Source: Desulfovibrionaceae bacterium
Lineage (GTDB): Bacteria > Desulfobacterota > Desulfovibrionia > Desulfovibrionales > Desulfovibrionaceae
Direction of reading: 5' to 3'
NCBI GenBank assembly: GCA_017454105.1
Contig: JAFTDR010000203.1
Coordinates: 2,529 to 66,528 of the forward strand
DNA length: 64,000 nt
Shown here: piece by piece, positions 20,417 through 29,296 of the stretch
Layout of the letters: each line of letters starts with the position of its first letter
Position numbering within the stretch: the stretch's first letter is position 1
The notes under the pieces: model-generated
What the model saw: only the letters and a program-made list of their open reading frames with translations
Told to the model about the DNA's origin: nothing
Database searches by the model: none
Program-made: the position numbers and the translations under genes

Positions 20417-21039
20417 ACGGCAAACTCGCCGCAGAAGGGGTTATTCTGTTTTTCTTCGCGTATGCTTGTCTCTGGTCCGTGACCTGGATAGACACGCGTC
20501 GAATCCGGCAGGGTGAAGAGTTTTGTGCGTATCGAAGTAAGCAGGGTATCGCTGTCCCCAAGAGGGAAATCTGTGCGCCCAACTGAATGGTAAAAGAGCG
20601 CGTCTCCTGTAAAGACGAGATTACTCTCTGGAAAATAGAAGGAAACGCTCCCAGGCGTGTGTCCAGGGGTTTCAAGGATTGTGCAGGCCATGCCGGCAAG
20701 CGTGGTGTCACCAATTGGCAGCTTCTCGCTTGAAAATTCCTCAACGCGCGGAAGTCCCCAGATGCCGCCACGGCTTGCCTCGGTCTTGGCTATAACCGAA
20801 TCGCCGTCAGGCACATAGACAGGGGCGCTTGTTTTTAAAGCAAGTTCTGCAACACCATAAATATGATCAAAATGGAGATGGGTAATACATATTGCTGCGA
20901 GCTGCATGTGCTCACTTGAGAGATAGGTAATAATATCACTGGGGGCCCCGCCCACATCAATGACCAGAGCAAGTTTATCCTTGCTCAAGACATAGGAATT
21001 TGTTCCAAGAGGGCCTATGGGAAAAGTTGCAACGGGCAT
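20413..21039 (-). CDS. MBL-fold metallo-hydrolase (glyoxalase II-like)
   Basis: THLHFDHIYG, TPGHTPGS, FTGDALF, PGHG. Confidence 0.9.
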   Translation of the reverse strand: MPVATFPIGPLGTNSYVLSKDKLALVIDVGGAPSDIITYLSSEHMQLAAICITHLHFDHIYGVAELALKTSAPVYVPDGDSVIAKTEASRGGIWGLPRVEEFSSEKLPIGDTTLAGMACTILETPGHTPGSVSFYFPESNLVFTGDALFYHSVGRTDFPLGDSDTLLTSIRTKLFTLPDSTRVYPGHGPETSIREEKQNNPFCGEFAV

Positions 21040-21144
21040 TGAATGTCTCGCGGTTCTTTGTAGGTACGATAAGGCCTGGATACGCCTTGTCAAGTCGTTT
21101 GGAAGAATTTTTTTTGTTCTGCCCCATTTTGTGCGGGGTGCGCC

Positions 21145-22557
21145 TTACTTTTCTGTGCGGCCGTAGACGTCTGAAAAACGGACTATATCGTCTTCGCCTA
21201 AGTAGGAACCCGACTGAATCTCAATCATGACAAGGGGGATTATTCCCGGATTCTTCAGGCGGTGTTTTTTGCCTATCGGTATATAGGTCGATTCGTTTTC
21301 TGTGAGCAGCGTGGTTGTGTCACCGTTTGTCACTTTCGCCGTGCCCGAGACAACAACCCAGTGTTCTGCCCTGTGGTGATGCATCTGCAAGGAGAGTTCT
21401 GCACCTGGGGAAACAATAATGCGCTTTACTTGGAAACGCGCGTCAAGGGCCAGGGTTTCATAGGTGCCCCAGGGTCTGTGAACCAGTCGGTGTTCCTCGC
21501 ATTCGCGGCGCTTTAATTTCTTTAACTGATCGACGATTGCGCGCACTGACTGGACATGATCGCGGGAGGCAACGAGAATCGCGTCCGCCGTCTCAACGAC
21601 AGCCAAATTGTCAACGCCAACAGCTGCGACAAGCCTCTGTGTTGAGCGGAGGTAATTATTGTGCGCACCACTTGTTAGGATATCGCCCACACAGACGTTT
21701 CCATCGGCATCCGCTGTGCCGTTCTGGTAAAAGGCCTCCCAAGAACCAAGATCAGACCACTCTGTGTTCAGAGGAAGGACACAGGCTTTCTCAGTCTTCT
21801 CCATGACCGCATAGTCTATGGAAAGACTCTCGACAGTCTCAAAAACGTCTTTGTTCGGGCGGACAAACATGCCGTCTTGGGAGCGTTTTGACCAGGCTTT
21901 GAGGACAAGATCCGCAATGGACGGGGCAAAATGCTGCAGTTCCTGAAGGAAAACCTGAGCGGAAAAAAGAAACATGCCGCTGTTCCAAGAGTAGCGGCCG
22001 CTTGCAAGAAGCGCTTTGGCTTCCTCGGCGCTTGGTTTTTCGACAAAGCGCGAGACACTGTAGGCTCCGGCATCGAGCTTTTCTCCTGCCTCAATATAGC
22101 CATAGCCTGTTTCCGCCTTTGTCGGCACAATGCCAAAGGTCACGATATAGCCTTTTTGGGCAAGGGAGATGCCCTTGGCTACGCCCTCGCTTAAGGCGGC
22201 AAGTGAGCCTATTTCGTGGTCCGAGGGGAGAACAAGCATGCAGTCGTTTTCGTGTTCAAGGGCGAGGGCTGCAAGACTTATAGCTGGTGCCGTATTTTTC
22301 GGGCAGGGCTCAAGAATTATGGTTGCATTGCAGGCTGCCTGGGCCACATGACTTGCGACAGAGAAGCGATGGGACTCGTTTGTGACAATGACGGGTGTCG
22401 AATTTTCCGAGACAGCACAGGCCCGGGCTAGGGTATCACCGAAGAGGGTTCTGCCGTTGCCAAGATCAACAAATTGTTTCGGAGCGTGGACGCGGGAAAG
22501 AGGCCAAAGCCGTGTGCCGCTTCCACCGCAAAGGATGACGGGTGTTACCGATGGCAT
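21145..22557 (-). CDS. manC: Mannose-1-phosphate guanylyltransferase / mannose-6-phosphate isomerase
   Basis: GGSGTRLWPLSR, WNSGMF, SIDYAVMEK, WSDLGSW, RPWG, SLQMHHHRAEHW. Confidence 0.95.
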   Translation of the reverse strand: MPSVTPVILCGGSGTRLWPLSRVHAPKQFVDLGNGRTLFGDTLARACAVSENSTPVIVTNESHRFSVASHVAQAACNATIILEPCPKNTAPAISLAALALEHENDCMLVLPSDHEIGSLAALSEGVAKGISLAQKGYIVTFGIVPTKAETGYGYIEAGEKLDAGAYSVSRFVEKPSAEEAKALLASGRYSWNSGMFLFSAQVFLQELQHFAPSIADLVLKAWSKRSQDGMFVRPNKDVFETVESLSIDYAVMEKTEKACVLPLNTEWSDLGSWEAFYQNGTADADGNVCVGDILTSGAHNNYLRSTQRLVAAVGVDNLAVVETADAILVASRDHVQSVRAIVDQLKKLKRRECEEHRLVHRPWGTYETLALDARFQVKRIIVSPGAELSLQMHHHRAEHWVVVSGTAKVTNGDTTTLLTENESTYIPIGKKHRLKNPGIIPLVMIEIQSGSYLGEDDIVRFSDVYGRTEK

Positions 22558-22566
22558 AGTTTCCTC

Positions 22567-23967
22567 TTACGGTCTGTCCGCATAGGCGTCAATAAAGGCG
22601 AGAAGTTCCTGTGTCTTGTCGTCGAGAAGCTGCTTGTTTCCCCGACTTTCAACATTAACACGCACAAGGGGTTCTGTATTGGATTTGCGTATATTGCAGC
22701 GCCATTCAGCGAAATCAAAATTGACGCCATCTATGAAGAAGGTCTGTACGGCCTCCCCGCTGTAGCGTTTTTCAAGTTCCTGCAGAAGGCCTGCTGGATT
22801 TCTGACTGTTCTATTGATTTCGCCGCTGCAGGGATAGCGTTGCATGCAATCTGCCACACACTCCTCAAGAGTCTTTCCCGTGTCCAGTAAGAGTTTCGTC
22901 ACAAGGAGGAAGGGAAGCATGCCTGTATCGCAGTAGCAGAAATCGCGGAAATAGTGGTGGGCACTCATTTCACCGCCATAGAGCGCATTGTGCTTGCGCA
23001 TGCTCTCTTTGATAAAAGCGTGTCCAGTCTTACTGAAAACAGCTTTGCCGCCCATGCGTTCCACAATATCCCGCGTATTCCAGTAGACGCGGGGATCATG
23101 GATAATTGTTGCTCCAGGCTCCCGAGCTAAGAGCGCCTGCGCGATTAACCCCACAATATAGTAGCCTTCAACAAAGGTTCCGTTTGCATCGTAGAAAAAG
23201 CAACGGTCGAAATCCCCGTCAAAGGCGACACCGAGCATGGCGTGGGCGTCACGCACTGCCTGCGCGGTCTCCTCTCTGCGCTCAGGAAGCAGAGGATTTG
23301 GAACACCGTTTGGAAAGTGACCGTCCGGTTCTGGATGCAGGAATTTGAGATCAAAAGGAAGAGAGGGTGCAAGCTTTTCAAGAAGCGGTCCGGCTGCTCC
23401 GTTACCCACAGAGGCCAGAACAGTGCCGCGCACACCCGGCTTTTTTTCACAAATCCCGCTTGTGCGCACAAGCCATGCCGCATACTCGTCTTTATAGGAT
23501 ATATGCCGAAGCGCCTTTGGGGGCTCTGCGTATGCTCTAATCTCCTCGGTTTCAAGGATGCGCGCAACGTTTTCTTTAATTCGCGCAAGCCCTGAATCGG
23601 AGCTTATTGGTATTGCGCCCTTGCGGACAAGCTTGAAGCCGTTTTCGTCGGCAGGATTGTGGCTTCCTGTAATCATGACGCCCAGGGCATAGTTGTGCTG
23701 TCCTGCGGCTTGGTAGATTTCTTCTGTGCCGCAGAGGTCAAGCGTTACGACAGAGGCTCCGTTTTCGGTTAGTCCTGCGCAGAGCGCATCGCTTAGCATT
23801 TGTGCTGAAAGTCGTATATCGTGGCCAACGACCACGTTTTTATTCTCGCACTCTTTTATCTCACAGGCGAGCGATGCGCCTAAGGCGTAGGCCAGACGTG
23901 CTGAGAGAGGATGAGGGACCTTGCCGCGGATGTCATAGGCTTTAAAACATGAGAGATCGTCGTTCAT
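22567..23967 (-). CDS. manB: Phosphomannomutase
   Basis: FKAYDIRG, ITGSHNP, FDGDFDR, GGEMSAHHYF, RKSNTEP. Confidence 0.95.
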   Translation of the reverse strand: MNDDLSCFKAYDIRGKVPHPLSARLAYALGASLACEIKECENKNVVVGHDIRLSAQMLSDALCAGLTENGASVVTLDLCGTEEIYQAAGQHNYALGVMITGSHNPADENGFKLVRKGAIPISSDSGLARIKENVARILETEEIRAYAEPPKALRHISYKDEYAAWLVRTSGICEKKPGVRGTVLASVGNGAAGPLLEKLAPSLPFDLKFLHPEPDGHFPNGVPNPLLPERREETAQAVRDAHAMLGVAFDGDFDRCFFYDANGTFVEGYYIVGLIAQALLAREPGATIIHDPRVYWNTRDIVERMGGKAVFSKTGHAFIKESMRKHNALYGGEMSAHHYFRDFCYCDTGMLPFLLVTKLLLDTGKTLEECVADCMQRYPCSGEINRTVRNPAGLLQELEKRYSGEAVQTFFIDGVNFDFAEWRCNIRKSNTEPLVRVNVESRGNKQLLDDKTQELLAFIDAYADRP

Positions 23968-24139
23968 CAGTCTTTAGCGTTAAACCCTTCAGAGGCCTCA
24001 ATCCTTGGCGTCACAATGACTCTTCCCTGCCGACCAATGGCTGTCTAGGGAAAACAAGAATCCAGTCGGATAGAGAGAGACCTCTGGAGGATACGCTGCC
24101 TCCACTTTGTTGAATACTCGAAATCGAAAAGATTTCTTT

Positions 24140-24242
24140 TATACTCCAGCCATAAACGATACTTACACGTTTACGAAAGCGAGTCAGCACTGGGTCGCTA
24201 TTCTCAGCGTAAAGTGGCAACTTTTTTTCTGACCGCAGTATA
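24140..24242 (+). mobile_element. MITE family A copy
   Basis: TATACTCCAGCCATAAA...GAGTCAGCA...TTTCTGACCGCAGTATA, 103 bp. Confidence 0.85.
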
Positions 24243-24987
24243 AAAAAAGACAAAAACCCGCTCTCCCACAGCAAAAGCGGCATAGATATGCAGCCCTCGT
24301 GGTCAGACCGGTTTCACTCAACTTTGGCTCAATCTGCCGTTCATTTGTGCGGCAAAAAGTCTCACGAGGGACAGCCCGCACAGAGCCGAGCTCGGTGTAT
24401 ATTTCTTTTCTTAGTACAATAGAAATCGCTGGGCGCGCACCGCATGCGTACTGAGAATCACAGTGTATTGCATCTCGATTTTCAGTAAAACCATCTGAAG
24501 AAGGGGCGAATTTCAGGGTTTTCGATTGTACAGAGCAAATCGTCAAAATTCAGCTACTCAAGCGAGAAAAAATGACTCTGCGAGATGGATTTCCAAGCTA
24601 CGCTGGTTGCAAAGGTATCTGTGCTTGCCCGAAAGGACTGCTATTGAACTCCTAGAAATCTAACTTTTGCACGTTTTTATGCGTCAAATGCAAGTACCGT
24701 GACTTTGCCATAAATTTCACGAAGAAAACGAGTCTGTAATCCACATTAGCCGTGATCTCCTTAGGGGCGTAGGTACGACGTATGCGGTTTTGTTTGCATT
24801 TCACGTACAAAAACATGTAAAAATTAGATGAAAAGGCCGTCATTTCTGGCTTGCGAGGGGGAGACAGTAAGCAGCGGGGCGAATCGCTTGCAAGCAAATC
24901 ATCGAATAAAAAAATGGTGCCTGTACGACGATATGCCTGGCCCAGAAATGCGTGTGACCTCAAAGAATCGGCGAGGGGGCTATACGA

Positions 24988-25086
24988 TATACTGCGGTTA
25001 GAAAAAAAGTTGCCACATAGAGCGAACAATACCAGACTTCTGACTCCAGTTCGCAAAAATGTCATTTTGTTTCTGGCTGGAGTATA
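24988..25086 (-). mobile_element. MITE family A copy
   Basis: TATACTGCGGTTAGAAAAAAAGTTGCCAC...TTTCTGGCTGGAGTATA. Confidence 0.85.
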
Positions 25087-25465
25087 CTACCAATGATGTT
25101 TAGCTCTTATGACCTGCTACGTATTGAGTGGCAGCTAATGAGTCGCAAGTATACTTTCTGTTGCGGGAAGGATCTTTGCGCCGAAATGCAGACACTCTGA
25201 CTTCAAGTGGTAATTTTTTTTTGACCGCAGTATATACTCAGCGTGAATCCGAACGATACCGCACAGCTTGTGGCACCTGACTTGCGATGCACAAACGAAA
25301 AAAAAATACGCAGGTGGTATTTTTTCTTGCAGCTATCAGCAATTCTTCACGCAGCGGCCAATTGACGAGTTCTCACTTGGCTGCGAAGTCCGGGATACGG
25401 TCTTTTCACAAAGAGTTCTGAAGAACACAAGACGACAAATCGTGCGAAGGCTTTCGGGAGTGTGA

Positions 25466-25558
25466 TATACTCGACCGCACATTGATTTTCCGCAGAACGC
25501 TTCGAGTGACACTCTAACCTCGTCCACCTAGGGGAAAATCTTTATGAGGTTGAGTATA
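25466..25558 (+). mobile_element. MITE family C copy (93 bp)
   Basis: TATACTCGACCGCACATTGATTTTCCGCAGAACGC...CTAGGGGAAAATCTTTATGAGGTTGAGTATA. Confidence 0.8.
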
Positions 25559-25921
25559 CAAGAATCTGGCAGAGTGTACACGCGAGCCCTTGTTCGCCCG
25601 ACCACACGCGCTAAGCCGTACCTTGTGCCAGCAGACGGCTTTCGCTATTGCAGGTAGTGAGTGAAGGCCTAGCCTTGTCCGATTTGCGTCTTAGACCCAA
25701 AGTTCGCCATGGCGAACTTTGATCTTCTGCAGCAAACGGCAGTATTCGACGACTCACTGTCAATTAGAAAAGCTGCAGTGGGACATTGTTCACGCTTCAC
25801 TGTAAAAAAAAACGTACAGGTAGTCCATCCATATCGTACTTGCTGCATCCAAAAATTGGAAAACTTCACAAAAAAATTCCGCGTACACGGATTGGCAGGC
25901 TATCGCACAGTCGCTTGAGCA

Positions 25922-26022
25922 AACACTTAGGTGATAAAAAAATGGCACTTGGGGTCGAAAATACCAAACTCAGCGCTGACTCACACTCGCAAATATGTCA
26001 CTTTGTGCTTGACTGGAGTATA
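25922..26022 (-). mobile_element. MITE family A copy (diverged)
   Basis: AAAATACCAAACTCAGCGCTGACTC...CGCAAATATGTCA...CTGGAGTATA. Confidence 0.75.
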
Positions 26023-26059
26023 AGAACCAATTCGCACGTCGCAGACTCTCTCTGATTTT

Positions 26060-26247
26060 TGCCGCGTGTACGGAATAATAGTATATCGGTCACGATCGGG
26101 AACCCCAAAGAACCAGTCTATTCAGTTGCTCACGGCATTCTTGCATCCTTTTTGCAGTCACTGACTACAGATGGAGAAGACGGTCCGTGCCACGAGAAGT
26201 TCAGGGTCCACTGTTGAACGATAGTATTGTAATCCGTATACGCGGGA
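26060..26247. mobile_element. MITE family B copy
   Basis: GCCGCGTGTACGGAATAA...CAAAGAACCAG.CT.TTCAGT (core shared with the 3299 copy)...GATAGTATTGTAATCCGTATACGCGG. Confidence 0.75.
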
Positions 26248-26334
26248 TTTTTGCGCATTTTCTCAGTACAATAAAAGAACCTTGCAGCACGCGCAGTTCT
26301 CGGTATTTGACTTAGAATTGCAATCTTTTCTACG

Positions 26335-26428
26335 TATACTCAACTTTATCAAGATTTTCCTATAGGTGGCCGACGAGAGAGCGTAACTCTTAGGCGTTCT
26401 GCGGAAAATCAATGTGCAGTCGAGTATA
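26335..26428 (-). mobile_element. MITE family C copy (94 bp)
   Basis: TATACTCAAC...AAGATTTTCC...GCGTTCTGCGGAAAATCAATGTGCAGTCGAGTATA. Confidence 0.8.
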
Positions 26429-26817
26429 CCCAGAGGGCACAATTTTCCTAGGTTTCCTATTTTGCTGAGAAATTCGTCAAAAATCAGGGGACTTGAGCCA
26501 AAATGCACGAGAGCGCGAGGATTTTAGTTTTAACTCGGCAGTCCATACACGAGGAAAAAATTTTTCGCTCTGCTTTTGGCCGCTGTGATTGTGATTGGAG
26601 CTGTATTCAATGCGCGACGGAAAGTCTGTATCAGCCGAGGCTAGGGACGGGAGAGTGCACTCTTTGCGAGCAGAGATTCGGATTGTCTTTTGAGCGCCAT
26701 GGGAAGAATCACAGTGCCGATGCGTATAGCCTTGAGTTCGGATATTCTTGAAACATCCTGACTTTTTAATCCGACAGCAAAATTCGCCCTTTGCTGCGGC
26801 CTTAAAAAACGCCTTGC

Positions 26818-26921
26818 TATACTGCAGTCAGAAAAAAAGTTGCCACTTGGAGTTAAAAATACCGGCCTTGGGTGCTGACTCCCGTTCGCAACAATGTCAG
26901 TTTGTTTTCGGCTGGCGTATA
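26818..26921 (-). mobile_element. MITE family A copy
   Basis: TATACTGCAGTCAGAAAAAAAGTTGCCAC...GCTGACTCCCGTTCGC...GGCTGGCGTATA. Confidence 0.85.
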
Positions 26922-27458
26922 TCGGAAGGGGCAGCAGTCTGGTGGGGTTTGGACAAGCGCGTACAGTGTTTTCCCGCAAGAGGCATTTGCAGCGTATCTT
27001 TGTCTTTCGAGAGCTGAACCTTACGCTTTTCATAGACGCGCCGCGCAATAGGGCCGAACGTTGCGCAATCGCGAGATCCTTCTCGGCGTGCACAGACTGT
27101 GAGAACCTGCGGCGCCGCTTCTTGCGGCGAGAAAGACTTGCCCTAAGAATGAGCAGATGGCGGTTGCGTGTCACAATGATTCCGCAACAGAAAGTTGCCT
27201 TGACAGTCGCTTTCTTTCGGGATCTCGTGGGAAAACGCATGCGCGATCAGGTATACGTGCCACGTGACTTGGTGAGCGGTCGTATACTGCGGTCAGCTTG
27301 CTTGAGTATAGTATCTGGCCGGAGGAGACGGCGTACGCCTCCTCAAAGTGAGGCCAAAGTAGGGGCAGCTTTTTTCTGGCTTGAGTTGAGACAAAAGGGA
27401 AGCACTGTTTCCTAGCATTTTTTGCTTAGGAAGTTTGAGCTCTTTGGTCCCTTTGATT

Positions 27459-28466
27459 TTAGTTTTCGCAGAGAAGATGGAGAATGTGCCAGGCGATAAA
27501 GCCGAGTGTTGCGGCTGAGGGGAGAGTCAAAACCCAGGCGACAACAAGATTTCTCGCAAGACCCCAGCGAACCGCCGAGAGACGGAGTGTTGAGCCAACA
27601 CCAAAGAGAGCCGAAGAAATAGTCTGCGAGGTAGAAATTGGGGCACCGAAAAAGGAGGCCAGGGATATGACAAAACTAGCCGAGCATTCGGCTGTGAAAC
27701 CGTGGGCCGGGGAGAGTCGAAAGATACGGCTTCCCATGGTCTTCACGATTTTCCACCCGCCTATGGCTGTGCCTGTGGCCATGGCGAGGGCGCAGGATAA
27801 TTTAACCCAAAGAGGGACGGTGATGTCGCTTGAAAGCCCAAAGGTGACAAGGGCAAGTGTCATAATGCCCATTGTCTTTTGTGCATCGTTTAATCCGTGG
27901 CTTAAAGCGACGAAGCTGGCGGAGCAGCACTGGAGTTTGCGGAATATGGAATCCACTTTTTGACGTCGCATGCGGGCAAATATCCAGTATATCGCCCACA
28001 TGCCTAGAAAGCCGGCAAGAAAGCCTAAAAGAGGGGCCAAAACAATAGGTATGAGAATTTTTTGGATGATGCCTGGGAAATTCAGGCTCATGATTCCGGA
28101 ATGCGCGTATGCCGCGCCGATAAGGCCGCCTAAAAGGGCGTGCGATGAGGAGGAGGGAATGGCAAAATACCAGGTGATGCAGTTCCAGACAATCGCAGCG
28201 AACAGGGCCGCGAGAACGAGGATCTGACTGTTTTCGATCACTGCCGTGTGGACGATGCCTCCTCCGACTGTCCGCGCAACCTCCGTGCCTAAGAGGGCGC
28301 CGATAAGGTTGAGGATGGCCGCAGCCGTGACGGCAACGCGCGGTGAGATCACGCGGGTTGAGACAATAGTCGCTATGGCATTGGCGCTGTCGTGGGCTCC
28401 GTTTGTGATATCAAAGAGGAGGGCTACGACAATAATCGCTATGAGGAGGAGGGGAATATCAAACAT
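27459..28466 (-). CDS. pit: Inorganic phosphate transporter (PiT family)
   Basis: NGAHDSANAIAT and HGLNDAQK signature motifs; PSSSSH; PISTSQ. Confidence 0.95.
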   Translation of the reverse strand: MFDIPLLLIAIIVVALLFDITNGAHDSANAIATIVSTRVISPRVAVTAAAILNLIGALLGTEVARTVGGGIVHTAVIENSQILVLAALFAAIVWNCITWYFAIPSSSSHALLGGLIGAAYAHSGIMSLNFPGIIQKILIPIVLAPLLGFLAGFLGMWAIYWIFARMRRQKVDSIFRKLQCCSASFVALSHGLNDAQKTMGIMTLALVTFGLSSDITVPLWVKLSCALAMATGTAIGGWKIVKTMGSRIFRLSPAHGFTAECSASFVISLASFFGAPISTSQTISSALFGVGSTLRLSAVRWGLARNLVVAWVLTLPSAATLGFIAWHILHLLCEN

Positions 28467-29088
28467 GTTTCAACACCGCTTCTTCAATGGTTTCGGCGAG
28501 AGTGTTGATATGTTCGAGGGCGCTGTCCATGCGCTCGTAGGCCTGGCTCCACTTGAGCGCCCGCAAAAGTTCCTTGTCCGTGAGTTCCCTGTTTTCGTCC
28601 ATAAGCTCGGCAATCCCTGTCGCCATAACCATGTCCGCCTCGTCGCGCAGACTTCTGAAGGCATGGGTTTTATGGCAGTCTTTGCGGTGGGAGAGACCGT
28701 TCAGCATAACTGATGTTAAGCTTAACATGTCATTCGCAAGCCGGGCCAGCTGGAGCATGGGAAAACGGATGCGGGGAAATTCAAAGATATGCAGGCGTAT
28801 GTCGAGCCGCTGGAGGGCATCCATGGAGTTTTCCTGGCTCTGATTGATGCGCAGGATGTCCTCTCTGTCTATAGGTGTAATAAAAGCCTTGGAGAGTTCT
28901 CGTAGTATTTTTCCGTGCAGCTTGTCTCCTGCAGCTTCAAGAATGGCAATTTCCTTGTGGGCTTGGTCCTTATTCTTGTCATCCTCTAGCATGCGGACCA
29001 CCCATTCGCCAATTGAACGCAGCTGAGCATTTTGTTCTTTCAGCATGTCGAAAAAGGGAGGCGCTTTCGGGAGCAGGTACGGAAACAT
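28459..29088 (-). CDS. DUF47 (Pit accessory, PhoU-like) protein
   Basis: LEAAGD, FITPIDREDI; TAGGAGG RBS; 8-nt overlap with pit. Confidence 0.9.
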   Translation of the reverse strand: MFPYLLPKAPPFFDMLKEQNAQLRSIGEWVVRMLEDDKNKDQAHKEIAILEAAGDKLHGKILRELSKAFITPIDREDILRINQSQENSMDALQRLDIRLHIFEFPRIRFPMLQLARLANDMLSLTSVMLNGLSHRKDCHKTHAFRSLRDEADMVMATGIAELMDENRELTDKELLRALKWSQAYERMDSALEHINTLAETIEEAVLKHV

Positions 29089-29296
29089 AGAACCTCCTAA
29101 GGCTATGATGTTCCATGAACCGTTTCTAGCATAGAAGAGCGCATCTGTACAGAAGATGGCAGAACAGAAAATGTAGAATTTAAAGTGTTTCTTGAGGTCG
29201 TCTTGCAAAATGATAAAAAAAATCGTAGGAATTTCGTGTGGGCCGCTCTACCCTGTGCGGCCATATGGCAATCGATGAAATGAAAGCGAGTGATCT

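Noticed and set aside
17918-27310. Possible CRISPR array among the dispersed repeats
   Set aside because: No regular repeat-spacer periodicity, units are about 100 bp and in both orientations, and no cas genes are present.
24652-27415. ORFs of 137-199 aa in the repeat nest
   Set aside because: They run through MITE copies and have no protein-like motifs; not transposase-like.
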